Positions 45,776-56,477 of a stretch of DNA of 64,000 nt are shown here, piece after piece. The position numbers were made by a program, and so were the translations under genes. Numbering within the stretch: position 1 is the first letter of the stretch; each line of letters opens with the position of its first letter. This stretch comes from Candidatus Multivoradales bacterium (GTDB lineage: Bacteria > Acidobacteriota > Thermoanaerobaculia > Multivoradales > JAHEKO01): positions 2,528,001 to 2,592,000 of the forward strand of contig CBDCXM010000009.1 in assembly GCA_965223855.1 (NCBI GenBank), given 5' to 3'. The notes under the pieces are model-generated. The model saw only the letters and a list, made by a program, of their open reading frames with translations. It ran no database searches and was not told the DNA's origin.

Positions 45776-48238
45776 ATGTTCCGAGTCGCCCTTCTAGCAG
45801 CGCTCAGCCTCGCCCTTCCTGCCGCCGTCAACGGGGAGAACGGGGCGTTGGGGCTCGAGCACCGGACCTGGCTCGAGGAAGTCGATCCCCTCATCAGCAA
45901 GCAGGAGCGCCGCGAGTTCCTCAAGCTCGAGAAGGACTATCAGCGCGACGCCTTCATCGAGCGCTTCTGGGAGGTGAGGGACCCGTTCCCGGACACCCGC
46001 GTCAACGAGTTCCGGGAGCTCTATTACTCGCGGCTCGAGGACGTCTACGAAGAGTGGGGGGGGCTCGAGGACGATCGGGCCAGGATGTTCGTGCTCAACG
46101 GCGAGCCGAGCGAGAAACTCGAGACCGACTGCGGTTTTCTGACCTGGCCGATGGAGGTCTGGACGTACGCCTATTCGGCGCGGCTCAGTCGGCCGGTTCA
46201 CGCGATCTTCTACCAGCGCAACTCGGGCGGGCCGTTCCGGCTCTGGAATCCGGCCGAGGGACACGCGGTGCTTCTCATGACGATCAACGAGGAGGAGCAT
46301 CCCGAGGACCAGCGCAACGTCTTCCATAGCGTCGTTCTGGAGTACTGCGCCGAGTTCTGGGACGACGCGCTGGCGATGCTGGAGACCTTCACGATCGTAG
46401 AGCGGGAGATGGGGGCGAGCTCCGCGCAGGCTGCGAGCAGCCCGCGATCGCTCGACCCCGAGTGGCTGGGCGGCTTCCGCGCCTTCTCGACCGACGTTCC
46501 CCAGGACGCTCCAACCCTGTCGGCGGAGCTCGAGGTGGCGTTCGTCGGGCGCCATCAGAGCCGGACTCGCGTGGCCGGTACCTTCCTCGTTCCCCGCACG
46601 GCGGCGACCCTGGCGGGAGAGGGGGAGGCGGCCTCCTACAACTTTCAGCTCACCGGCGAGGTTTTGCGAGACGGCGCGCTCTTCGAGTCGTTCCGCTACC
46701 GCTTCGATCTTCCGCTGCAACGACTCCGCGCGGACGAGCTTTCGTTGCAGTTCGAGCGGTTGCTCCGGCCCGCGGCGTATTCCCTGGTGCTCAAGCTCGA
46801 GGATCTCAACGGCGGCACGGTTCTGAGACGTGAGGAGCCGCTCGAAGTGCCCGCCGTCGTAGCGACGGCGAGCGCGGATGCCGCCGCCGGCGAGGAGGAG
46901 ACGCCTGACGAAGAGCCTTCGGTGGCCCTCGGCGTGCCCTCGGAGGACGTTCTCAGCGGCGCCACGCGGTTTGTCGCCGCGGTGGAGGGTGAAGCCGTGA
47001 AGAAGGTGAGGTTCCTGCTCGACGGGATTGAGGTTCTCACCAAGACGAGGCCGCCCTATAGCGTCGAACTCGACCTCGGCGGCGTGCCGCGCTCGCACAC
47101 CGTCCGCGCGGTGGCGATCGGAGCCGACGGCTCCGAGCTGGCGACCGACGAACTGCTTCTCAATCCGGGAAAGCAGAACTTCGTCGTCCGCCTGGTCGAG
47201 CCGCGCGACGGAGCGGACGTAGAGCGGTCGGTGAGGGTGCGGGCCCAGGCTTCGGTGCCCGAGGGGAAGAGACTCGATCGTCTCGAGCTCTTCGTCGGTG
47301 AGCAGCGGGTCGCGACGCTCTACCAGGAGCCGTTCGTCCAGAGTGTGAATCTCGATCCGGGCGAGCTCCAGTATCTGCGGGCGATCGGCCACCTCGAGGA
47401 CGGCAGCCAGAGCGAGGACCTGGTGGTCGTCAATTCCGGTCAGTTCGGGGCGACGGTCGACGTGCGGCTGGTCGAACTCTATGCGGCGGTCCTCGACGGC
47501 AACGGCTCACCGGTGGAGGGGTTGCAGGCGTCGGACTTCTCGGTGGTCGAGGCAGGCTCCGAGCAGGAGCTGTTCCGCTTCGAGTTCCTGCGCGACCTGC
47601 CGCTCTTCGCCGGCCTGTTGATCGATACCTCCGGATCGATGGCCGAGCACTTCGAGACAGTCCACCGGATGGGAAGCGCGTTCCTCGAGTCGACGATCGG
47701 GCCTCGAGACCGGGCGGCCGTGATCACCTTCAGCGAGCAGCCGCGTCTCGCTTCCGCCTTCACGGCGGACCATCCGACGCTCTCGAGCGCCCTCGCGGGC
47801 CTGCGCGCCGAGCAGGGGACGGCTCTGTGGGACAGCGTCGTCTACGCGATCGACTACTTCGGCGGCGTCAAGGCGCAGCGAGCGGTCGTTCTGCTGTCCG
47901 ATGGTGACGATCGCCGCAGTCAGCATACCTTCGACGAGGCCCTGCGCTTCGCCCAGAGCAGCGGCGTGACGGTCTACACGGTGGGGCTCGATCAGCAGGT
48001 GACCCGACAGGGCCGGCGGCTGCTCGCGCGCCTTGCCGAGGGCACCGGCGGCAGGAGTTACTTCCTCGGCGATCTGAACGGTCTCGGCGACGTCTATGAC
48101 GAGATCGAGCGCGAACTGCGATCGCGCTACCTGCTGGCGTACAGGTCGTCGAGTGAGGGCGCCGGCTTCCGCCCGATCGAGATCCAGGTCGCCGATCGGG
48201 ACCTCGAGATCCGCGCCCTCAAGGGCTACTTCCCCTAG
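45776..48238 (+). CDS. GWxTD-like domain + Ig-like domains + VWA domain protein
   Basis: FIERFW..RDP.P.T..NEFR..YY.R, degenerate DRAR....GEP; C-terminal DTSGS MIDAS, TALWDS, SDGDD and TGGR. Alternative start 45737. Confidence 0.8.
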   Translation: MFRVALLAALSLALPAAVNGENGALGLEHRTWLEEVDPLISKQERREFLKLEKDYQRDAFIERFWEVRDPFPDTRVNEFRELYYSRLEDVYEEWGGLEDDRARMFVLNGEPSEKLETDCGFLTWPMEVWTYAYSARLSRPVHAIFYQRNSGGPFRLWNPAEGHAVLLMTINEEEHPEDQRNVFHSVVLEYCAEFWDDALAMLETFTIVEREMGASSAQAASSPRSLDPEWLGGFRAFSTDVPQDAPTLSAELEVAFVGRHQSRTRVAGTFLVPRTAATLAGEGEAASYNFQLTGEVLRDGALFESFRYRFDLPLQRLRADELSLQFERLLRPAAYSLVLKLEDLNGGTVLRREEPLEVPAVVATASADAAAGEEETPDEEPSVALGVPSEDVLSGATRFVAAVEGEAVKKVRFLLDGIEVLTKTRPPYSVELDLGGVPRSHTVRAVAIGADGSELATDELLLNPGKQNFVVRLVEPRDGADVERSVRVRAQASVPEGKRLDRLELFVGEQRVATLYQEPFVQSVNLDPGELQYLRAIGHLEDGSQSEDLVVVNSGQFGATVDVRLVELYAAVLDGNGSPVEGLQASDFSVVEAGSEQELFRFEFLRDLPLFAGLLIDTSGSMAEHFETVHRMGSAFLESTIGPRDRAAVITFSEQPRLASAFTADHPTLSSALAGLRAEQGTALWDSVVYAIDYFGGVKAQRAVVLLSDGDDRRSQHTFDEALRFAQSSGVTVYTVGLDQQVTRQGRRLLARLAEGTGGRSYFLGDLNGLGDVYDEIERELRSRYLLAYRSSSEGAGFRPIEIQVADRDLEIRALKGYFP

Positions 48239-48304
48239 CCCGTGTGCCCTCCCGCTGCGGTGGGAGGGCACACGGTCCGGTCTGAAGGCGGACCGGACCG
48301 CGGG

Positions 48305-49411
<1,107 letters not shown>

Positions 49412-49712
49412 CTCGTTACCCCTTTCGAGGGAAGAGTTTTCGGTCGCGCCGTTCGGGGAGGCTCATGGCAGTGTAGCAAAGGGCTCGATCGGCGCCCCGG
49501 CGTTGCTTGCATTCGCGCTTGGGCGCGTGGGACACTTTCCGGGTCGTGGCGCAGTGCCCCGACGTCAGTCACGGACCGCACTTCCGATTCCCTAACAAAG
49601 AGAGAGTCAGATTCGTCGCAGACCGGGCTGAGCTGTATCAAGCGGCGGGCTCGCCCCGCTCAGGAAGCGCCGGACAGGCGCTGAGAGTTTTGAAGAAGGA
49701 GTAGCTAGCACC

Positions 49713-49916
49713 ATGGCAAACGAAGGTACCGTCAAGTGGTTCAACGAGTCGAAGGGGTACGGTTTTCTGTCGCAGGATGACGGGCCGGACGTCTTCGTCC
49801 ACTATTCGGCGATCCAGGGAGACGGTTTCCGCACCCTGAACGAGGGTGAGCGGGTGAGCTTCGACATCGGCGAGGGTCCGAAGGGGCCTCACGCGATCAA
49901 CGTCGTTCGCCTTTAG
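49713..49916 (+). CDS. Cold-shock protein
   Basis: GTVKWFN..KGYGF (RNP1), VFVHYSAI (RNP2) and GPKGP; AAGGAG RBS. Confidence 0.96.
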   Translation: MANEGTVKWFNESKGYGFLSQDDGPDVFVHYSAIQGDGFRTLNEGERVSFDIGEGPKGPHAINVVRL

Positions 49917-49946
49917 AACGCCTGAAGATTCCAGAAGAAGTTTCGG

Positions 49947-49982
49947 CGCCCCGTCGGAGAGTCCGGCGGGGCGTTTTCCTTT
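49947..49982 (+). terminator. Intrinsic terminator of the csp gene
   Basis: CGCCCCGTCGGA-GAG-TCCGGCGGGGCG followed by TTTTCCTTT. Confidence 0.85.
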
Positions 49983-50010
49983 CCACACAGCGCCGTCTCG
50001 GCCGGGACGG

Positions 50011-50739
50011 CTATTGCGAAGGGTCGGTGCTGGAAGTCCCGTCTTCCGACGGCTGACCCAGTTGCAGCGCATACCTCCCGCGTGGCCCCTCGAGGACGAC
50101 CGTCCGCTCCGAGATCTCGACGATTCGAAGAGACAGGACCGGATCGCCGATCGACAGCAGCGCTCCGTTGATCACCGCCGACGGCGCGGTCGGCGACCAG
50201 GCGATGCCGCTGAGGAGAATCTCCCCCTCCGGTAGAACCAGCGAGCCCACGTGGTACCACGTGTCGCCCGCTGGTGGTGCGGTCGCCGGCACGGGATCGG
50301 GAGCCGGTTCCGGTGGGGGAGGTGAACTCTCGGCTCCACTCCCAGGGCCGGCGGCGGCTCGGTCGTCGGGAGCGCCGGCCCGCGCCGGCCTGCCTGCCGG
50401 CTCGGTAGCCGGTTGTCCTTGAGATTCTGTGCTCTCTGCAACGGCGTTCTGCAGGTCGGTGTGCGGCGGCGTCTCGCCGACTCGAGCCTGCGGCTGCGAT
50501 TCGGCCCGCTTGGCTACGGGAGCCGTCGGCTCGACCGGTCGTCCCGCGGGATCGTCGTTCAGTCGCAGCACCAGGACCAGGAGCACCGCCACCGCAGCGA
50601 GCCCCGAGATCCACCAGGCCGGAACGGGCGAGCGTTTCCGCGGTGGCGGCGGCAAGCTCGGGCGACCCTTCGACGGCTGCCCTTCCCGCTCCGCGGCCTC
50701 CGCCCGCGCTCGTTTCAGGGCGTCGTTGACGAGGCTCAA
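50011..50739 (-). CDS. gspB: GspB/ExeB-like protein
   Basis: N-terminal SLVNDALKRA, one TM, Pro-rich linker, C-terminal LSGIAW....AVING....GD.V....IVEI....VVL; TTG start overlaps the ATPase stop. Confidence 0.7.
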   Translation of the reverse strand: MSLVNDALKRARAEAAEREGQPSKGRPSLPPPPRKRSPVPAWWISGLAAVAVLLVLVLRLNDDPAGRPVEPTAPVAKRAESQPQARVGETPPHTDLQNAVAESTESQGQPATEPAGRPARAGAPDDRAAAGPGSGAESSPPPPEPAPDPVPATAPPAGDTWYHVGSLVLPEGEILLSGIAWSPTAPSAVINGALLSIGDPVLSLRIVEISERTVVLEGPRGRYALQLGQPSEDGTSSTDPSQ

Positions 50740-51545
50740 GACGCCTCTCCTTCGAGGTCGCGAATCGCCCGCCTCACGTGCCGCCCTCGGAGCTCGAAGG
50801 TCTGATCGACGTATCCCGCCAGCAGCGCCTTGTCGGTCACGGCGTTGATGAGTCGCGGCACGCCGCGAGAGTAGCGCTGCACGCGTCGTACCGCCCAGCT
50901 GGAGAAGCTCGGTGCCGGGTCCGCCCCTGCCACTGCGAGCCTGTGGCGGATGTAGGAGTCGGTTTCCTCGATCTTCAGTGGACGGAGGTGGTAGCGGACG
51001 GTGATCCGTTGCCGCAGCTGCTCGAGCTGTCGCAGCTTGTCGCGCAGCTCCGGCTGGCCGATGAGGATGATCTGCACCAGCTTGCGCTCGTCGGTCTCGA
51101 GATTCGAGAGCAGTCGAATCTGCTCGAGAGCTCCGAGGGTGAGTGCCTGGGCGTCGTCGACGATCAGTACGACGTCGCGCTGGTTGCCGAACTGCTCGAG
51201 CAGGAAACCGTTGAGACGCTCGAGCAGCTCCACCCGGTCGGTCACCTCGGCGTCGAGCTCGAACTCCCGCAGGATGGTGCGGAGGAGCTGCGTGTTGTTC
51301 ATCCGCGGGTTGAGCACAAGGGCGGTGGCAAAATCTCGAGCATCGAGTTGCTGCAGCAGGGCGCGACACAGCGTCGTCTTGCCGGCGCCGATCTCACCGG
51401 TGATCTGAATGAAGCCCTTGCGCTCCCGCAACCCGAACAGCAGGTGGTTGAACGCCTCCCGGTGCTTGGTGCTGAAGAAGAGGAACCGCGGGTCCGGCGT
51501 GATGTTGAAGGGCGGCTCGTCGAAGCCGTAGAAGTCGTAGTACAC
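50736..51545 (-). CDS. exeA: ExeA/GspA-type AAA ATPase without a peptidoglycan-binding C-terminus
   Basis: PFNITPDPRF, GEIGAGKTT, VDDAQ, LSNLET, GQPEL, QLRQRI and GVPRLIN. Confidence 0.88.
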   Translation of the reverse strand: MYYDFYGFDEPPFNITPDPRFLFFSTKHREAFNHLLFGLRERKGFIQITGEIGAGKTTLCRALLQQLDARDFATALVLNPRMNNTQLLRTILREFELDAEVTDRVELLERLNGFLLEQFGNQRDVVLIVDDAQALTLGALEQIRLLSNLETDERKLVQIILIGQPELRDKLRQLEQLRQRITVRYHLRPLKIEETDSYIRHRLAVAGADPAPSFSSWAVRRVQRYSRGVPRLINAVTDKALLAGYVDQTFELRGRHVRRAIRDLEGEAS

Positions 51546-51690
51546 GATCGGTGGGGGCGGGGTGAGGGCGGAGAGTCTAGCGCAGCCGGTGGCCCTCGAC
51601 CGTCCGACGGCCTTCTGCGGTACGGTGTCGGGAGCCGGTCCGCGTCGCTCGCGCGAGCCCGCCGGGCGGCGAGGGAAAGGAGACCGAACG

Positions 51691-52341
51691 GTGAGACGAC
51701 AATTCCGGATCCTGCTGTTGCTGACGACGACCGTTGCCTCGGGGGTAGCGGCTCAGCCACTGACCGTCGCCGACGAGGAACGGATCGACGAGGCGGAGCG
51801 CAAGGGGGCCCTTCTGGCGCTGGGCACCGGCGCCGTCCGATACGACCCGGGGGCTCCGGCGGATGCCCTGCTGACGGGAGGGGGCCCCGGCCTCTACACC
51901 GACTACTTCGGCAACGTCTTCGACACCAGGAATGGCGCTCCTTTGAGCCCCGGGACGATCACACGGGTCTCCTGGTACGCCGGTAACGCAGGGACCTACG
52001 CCGCCTCTACCCAGATCGTGGCGTTCGGTCCGCCGAGCGGCTCGATCTCCACCTACGGACTGATCTCCGGGGTCGCACCCCTGGCCTTCAACTCCGTCAC
52101 CGCGGCCCTGCCGTTCAGCGGATCGATTTTCGGCGCGATCCTCGCGCGCACCTATGGTCAGGGCGGGGTGTTCGGCAGCGTCGGCGCGCGCTCCGCATCG
52201 ACCGGGAGCCAGGGCTTCCACGGGGTCCTGAAGTCGTTCTACGCGGGCAACACCTCGGTGCTGCCGGGTCAGAACGTGATGATCAGGGTCTCCGGGACGC
52301 TCGTGGTGCCGGTCGAGTTGATGGAGTTCGAACTCCAGTAG
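51691..52341 (+). CDS. Secreted hypothetical protein ending VPVELMEFELQ
   Basis: AAGGAG RBS before GTG 51691; signal peptide; Gly/Ser/Thr-rich beta-type sequence. Confidence 0.75.
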   Translation: MRRQFRILLLLTTTVASGVAAQPLTVADEERIDEAERKGALLALGTGAVRYDPGAPADALLTGGGPGLYTDYFGNVFDTRNGAPLSPGTITRVSWYAGNAGTYAASTQIVAFGPPSGSISTYGLISGVAPLAFNSVTAALPFSGSIFGAILARTYGQGGVFGSVGARSASTGSQGFHGVLKSFYAGNTSVLPGQNVMIRVSGTLVVPVELMEFELQ

Positions 52342-52353
52342 CGGTTCAAGAGC

Positions 52354-52429
52354 CCGGGTGGTCGAGAAGCCGGGTGGTCGAGAAGTCGGGCGGTTGAGAA
52401 GCCGGGTGGTCGAGAAGCCGGCGGTCGAG
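52354..52429. repeat. 16-bp tandem repeat, about 4.7 copies, with 8-bp sub-period
   Basis: ccgggtggtcgagaag x2, tcgggcggttgagaag, ccgggtggtcgagaag, ccggcggtcgag. Confidence 0.85.
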
Positions 52430-52835
52430 GGTGCGGTGCTGGGCACGAACGTCGGGCGGGAACTCGTTGCGACGGCTTCGTGGCAGGTTGGCAGCCGAGT
52501 CGAGGGGGCGCCGGAGAGGTAGGCGGTAGTCCATCGAGAACTGCTGCCGGGTAAGGCAGAAGCGTCGCTTGCCAGGTGCGTCGACGAGCACGGACTCGTC
52601 CGGTCTTTCAATCGCTGAACTCTGCGATTCGAGGAGAACCTGCCGCGTTCCACGTGATCCGCCCTGCGCATCCGTACCTGAAGCCCTTCGAGATGGTCTT
52701 CGGATGCCATCCTGGTTGTTCTCGCCTGCGACCGCGGTCGGAATCTTCTCCGCTGCCCTCTTTGGTGCGGGCGATCGGACAGGGCTCTGAATCTCGCGGC
52801 TGGTCGACTCGGCCCAAAGAGTGGTCCTCGCGATC

Positions 52836-54221
52836 TCAGAAGAGACCGACGGCGTGCAGGAAGATCGCCGCGATCGCGATCGGCACGACGTAGCGCAGCG
52901 CCACCAGCCATCCGGCGTAGAAGCTCGCCCATCGGCTGCCGCGACCGAACTCGTCGCGCCGCAGCTCGTCCGGCAGGCGCCAGGCGACGAACAGGGCGAT
53001 GCCCATCCCTCCTACGGGCAGGCACCAGTTCGAGGCAATGTCGGCGACCAGGTCGAACCAGTTACTGCCGACGGCGGCCTCCATTCCCGAACCGAAGAGC
53101 GCCGAAGAGCCGGAAAGCGCCGACGGAACGGCGAGAAGGGCGATGCCGATTCCCGAGAAGAGGGTGGCCCGGGCCCGTGTCCAACCCCGCTCGTCGATCA
53201 GGTAGGCGGTGGCAACCTCCAGGAGTGAGATCGCGCTCGTCAGAGCGGCGAAGACGAGCAGGCCGAAGAAGGCGGTCGCGAGAATCGAGCCCGCCGGCAT
53301 CTGAGCGAAGGCGATCGGGATGTTGGTGAAGATCAGGCCCGGCCCCTGCGTCGGTTCCAGCCCGAAGCTGAAGGTGATCGGGAAGATGACCAGGCAGGCC
53401 AGCAGGGCGATCAGCGTGTCGAGTCCGGCGATACCGGCCGACATCGAGGGGAGGTCGGAGTCGCGGCTCAGGTAGGAGCCGTAGGTCAGCAGGCCCCCCA
53501 TGCCGACACTCAGCGTGAAGAACGAGTGTCCGAGCGCTTCGATGACCCCTGCGGCGGTGAGTTCGTCAGCGTGCAGTCCGAAAACGAAGTCGAAGGCGCG
53601 GCCGAAGCCCTCAAGAGTGAAGGCACGCGCCAGCAGCACGAGAAACAGGACGAGCAGCGCCGGCATCAGGATGCGGGACCAGCGCTCGAGTCCGTGGCGC
53701 ACGCCCCGCCAGACGACGGCGACCGTCAGCGCGAGGAAGAGTGCCGTCCAGAGCAGGTTGACGGGTGCACTGGTATAGGTGTTGCCGAAGATGGCCGCGA
53801 TCGCCTCCGGGCTTTGTCCGGACAACCTTCCCGTGGCGGCGAGGAGGCAGTAGTACATCGCCCATCCCGCTACGACGGCGTAGAACGACAGCACCATCCA
53901 GGCGACGACGACTCCCATGCCCCCCAGGGTCTTCCACGGTGTGCGGGGCCCGGCGAGGGTCTTGAAGGCGGTGACCGTCGAGCGCTGCGAGGCGCGTCCG
54001 ATCATGATCTCCGCCACCATCACCGGCAGCCCGACGACGAAGATGCAGCCGAGGTAGAGGAGGACGAACAGCCCACCGCCGTTCTCACCCGTGATGTAGG
54101 GGAAGCGCCAGACGTTGCCGAGGCCGACGGCGGAACCCGCGGCCGCGAGGACGAAGCCGGTGCGGGAGGCCCAGGCCCCACGGGAGCCCTCAGGTGGAGC
54201 AGGACTGGCGGTGCTCGTCAT
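52836..54221 (-). CDS. Sodium-dependent transporter (NSS/LeuT family)
   Basis: GSAVGLGNVWRFPY..G.NGGG, FFTLSVG, GPGLIF and AALTSAIS. Confidence 0.93.
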   Translation of the reverse strand: MTSTASPAPPEGSRGAWASRTGFVLAAAGSAVGLGNVWRFPYITGENGGGLFVLLYLGCIFVVGLPVMVAEIMIGRASQRSTVTAFKTLAGPRTPWKTLGGMGVVVAWMVLSFYAVVAGWAMYYCLLAATGRLSGQSPEAIAAIFGNTYTSAPVNLLWTALFLALTVAVVWRGVRHGLERWSRILMPALLVLFLVLLARAFTLEGFGRAFDFVFGLHADELTAAGVIEALGHSFFTLSVGMGGLLTYGSYLSRDSDLPSMSAGIAGLDTLIALLACLVIFPITFSFGLEPTQGPGLIFTNIPIAFAQMPAGSILATAFFGLLVFAALTSAISLLEVATAYLIDERGWTRARATLFSGIGIALLAVPSALSGSSALFGSGMEAAVGSNWFDLVADIASNWCLPVGGMGIALFVAWRLPDELRRDEFGRGSRWASFYAGWLVALRYVVPIAIAAIFLHAVGLF

Positions 54222-54297
54222 CACGATCTCCTGTCGTTACGATGCCGGCAATATAGCAGCGGCCCGGAGCGGGAAGGCGGGTCGGGGAGGAGCAGCC

Positions 54298-54558
54298 ATG
54301 CAACCGGCAGACTGGATCGGCGCCACCGGAGTCGCCACACTTCTCGCGGCCTTCGCACTGAGCCTTCGCGGCACGCTGACGGCGAAGTCGCGGCTCTATC
54401 AGTGGATGAACCTTCTCGGCGCCGGCCTCGCCTGCTGGGCCTCGGTGCTGATCGAATACTGGCCGTTCGTGGTGCTCGAGGGGACCTGGGCGGCGGCAGC
54501 GTTGGCCGCGCTCGTGCGTCGGGCAGCGCCGGGGCAGTCGCAACCGGGAACACCGTAG
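54298..54558 (+). CDS. Small membrane protein (CBU_0592-like)
   Basis: DWIG..G...LL.AF, YQWMNLLGA and PFVVLE..W; GAGGAG RBS. Confidence 0.75.
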   Translation: MQPADWIGATGVATLLAAFALSLRGTLTAKSRLYQWMNLLGAGLACWASVLIEYWPFVVLEGTWAAAALAALVRRAAPGQSQPGTP

Positions 54559-54645
54559 CCGGCCTCTCGGCCGCCCGGCGTCTTCTCAGCGTCGCGCGGT
54601 GCCGCGCGAGCGGTGGGATAGAGTCTGCCGCTTCGGAGGTGATGG

Positions 54646-55998
54646 ATGCGTAGACACTCCTGGGTTTCCTGCCTGGTTCTGGTGGCGATGACGGCGCCTG
54701 GCGCCGCTTCGGACTTCTTCGACGGACGGTCGATCGAGGCTCCGGGGGCCGTCCTGGCACAGCGCGATCGTGTGGCGCCGGTCAATGCGATGCTGGCGGA
54801 GCGTCTCGACGACGTCCTGCCTGCTCTCATGCGTGAGACCGGCATCGAGATGTGGCTCGTCCTCAACCGCGAGTACGCCGAGGATCCGGTGTTCTTCACT
54901 CTGGCTCCCGACCCGGTGTTCGCAGCCCGCAGGACGACGATGCTCGTCTTCCACGACCGCGGGGAGGAAGGGGTCGATCGGCTGACGGTCAATCGCTACC
55001 CCTACGGTCCGCCGTACGAGTCCGCATGGGAAGGCGGCGACCTGGACGAACAGTGGCAGGCTCTCGGTGCGCTCATCGCCGAGCGGGATCCGGCATCGAT
55101 CGGCATCAACGTCAGCCGCGACTGGCCGGTGGCGGACGGCCTCACGGCGGCGTTGCGCGACCGCCTGATGGAGGTGCTCTCGCCGGAGCTCCAGTCCCGG
55201 GTCGTGAGTGCGGAGGAACTCGCGGTGCGATGGCTCGAGACCCGCAGCGACGGCGAACTGGCGACCTACCCTCACATCGTCGCCATCGCCCGCGGCGTGA
55301 TCTCCGAGGCGTTCTCGTCGCAGGTGATCACCCCCGGGGTGACGACGACCGACGAGGTCGAGTGGTACATCCGTGAGCGCTTCCACGCCCTCGAGCTCGA
55401 TCCGTGGTTCCATCCGAGCGTCAACCGGCAGCGGCGTGGCGTCGTCTGCGGCGAGAAGGATCCGTTCTGCGGTGACAGCGGCATTATCGAGCCGGGAGAC
55501 GTGCTGCATACGGACGTCGGCATCTGCTACCTGCGGCTCTGCACCGACACCCAGGAAATGGGTTACGTCGCGCGGCTGGGGGAGGAGGAGGTGCCGGCGG
55601 GCCTGCGCGAGGCGCTGGCGGTCGGCAACCGGTGGCAGGATCACCTGACCGGTTCGTTCGTCACCGGTCGCACCGGAAATCAGATCCTCGCCGCGACCAT
55701 CGCCGCCTGCGAGGCTGAGGAGATTCTCTCGAGCACCTACACCCATCCGCTCGGCTTCTTCGGGCACGCGCCGGGACCGACGATCGGCATGTGGGACAAC
55801 CAGGGGGACACGCCGGTTCGCGGCGACTGGCCGCTCCACCCCGATACCGCCTACTCGATCGAGGGCAACGTCAAGGTCCGGGTGCCGGAGTGGGACGACC
55901 AGTTCGTGCAGATCAAGCTCGAGCAGGACGCGATTTTCGACGGCGACAAGGTGCGCTACATCGCCGGCCGCCAGGTCGATTGGCACCTGGTGCGTTGA
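54646..55998 (+). CDS. M24 family metallopeptidase with probable signal peptide
   Basis: HTDVG, TDTQE, HPLGFFGH.PGP, SIEG and LEQD; GGAGG RBS. Confidence 0.88.
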   Translation: MRRHSWVSCLVLVAMTAPGAASDFFDGRSIEAPGAVLAQRDRVAPVNAMLAERLDDVLPALMRETGIEMWLVLNREYAEDPVFFTLAPDPVFAARRTTMLVFHDRGEEGVDRLTVNRYPYGPPYESAWEGGDLDEQWQALGALIAERDPASIGINVSRDWPVADGLTAALRDRLMEVLSPELQSRVVSAEELAVRWLETRSDGELATYPHIVAIARGVISEAFSSQVITPGVTTTDEVEWYIRERFHALELDPWFHPSVNRQRRGVVCGEKDPFCGDSGIIEPGDVLHTDVGICYLRLCTDTQEMGYVARLGEEEVPAGLREALAVGNRWQDHLTGSFVTGRTGNQILAATIAACEAEEILSSTYTHPLGFFGHAPGPTIGMWDNQGDTPVRGDWPLHPDTAYSIEGNVKVRVPEWDDQFVQIKLEQDAIFDGDKVRYIAGRQVDWHLVR

Positions 55999-56047
55999 CC
56001 ACTCAGTGCGCCGACCACTCAGTGCGCCGACCACTCGGTGCGCTGAC
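55997..56047. repeat. 16-bp tandem repeat x3 at the M24 gene stop
   Basis: gaccactcagtgcgcc x2, then gaccactcggtgcgct. Confidence 0.9.
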
Positions 56048-56072
56048 GTACACTAGCGGCGGCGGTTCACTC

Positions 56073-56417
56073 ATGGCGGACAGTTCCATCTACAAGGTCG
56101 TTTTTCTCAACCAGGGCAAGGTGTACGAGATGTACGCCCGCTCGGTGGGGGCGAGCGGCCTCTTCGGTTTCATCGAAGTCGAGGAGTTCCTCTTCGGTGA
56201 GCGCAGTCAGGTGGTCGTCGATCCGACCGAGGAGACCCTCAAGAACGAGTTCAAAGGCGTTCGGCGGACCAACATCCCGATGCACTCGATCGTGCGTATC
56301 GACGAGGTCGACAAGCAGGGGGTCAATCGGATCACCGGCGAGACCTCGGGAGACGCCAGCGTGATGCCGTTTCCGACGCCGATCTTCGAGAAGCCGTCCG
56401 GCTCCTCCGAGAGCTGA
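56073..56417 (+). CDS. DUF1820 family protein
   Basis: YKVVFLNQGKVYEMYAR, FGFIEVE, VDPTEE.LK.EF..V and IPMHSIVRIDEV. Confidence 0.88.
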   Translation: MADSSIYKVVFLNQGKVYEMYARSVGASGLFGFIEVEEFLFGERSQVVVDPTEETLKNEFKGVRRTNIPMHSIVRIDEVDKQGVNRITGETSGDASVMPFPTPIFEKPSGSSES

Positions 56418-56477
56418 GGCCGGGGCCGGCGCTACCGGCTGCGACGCGGGCTCCGGGGAGCGCCCCCCGGAGCGACC

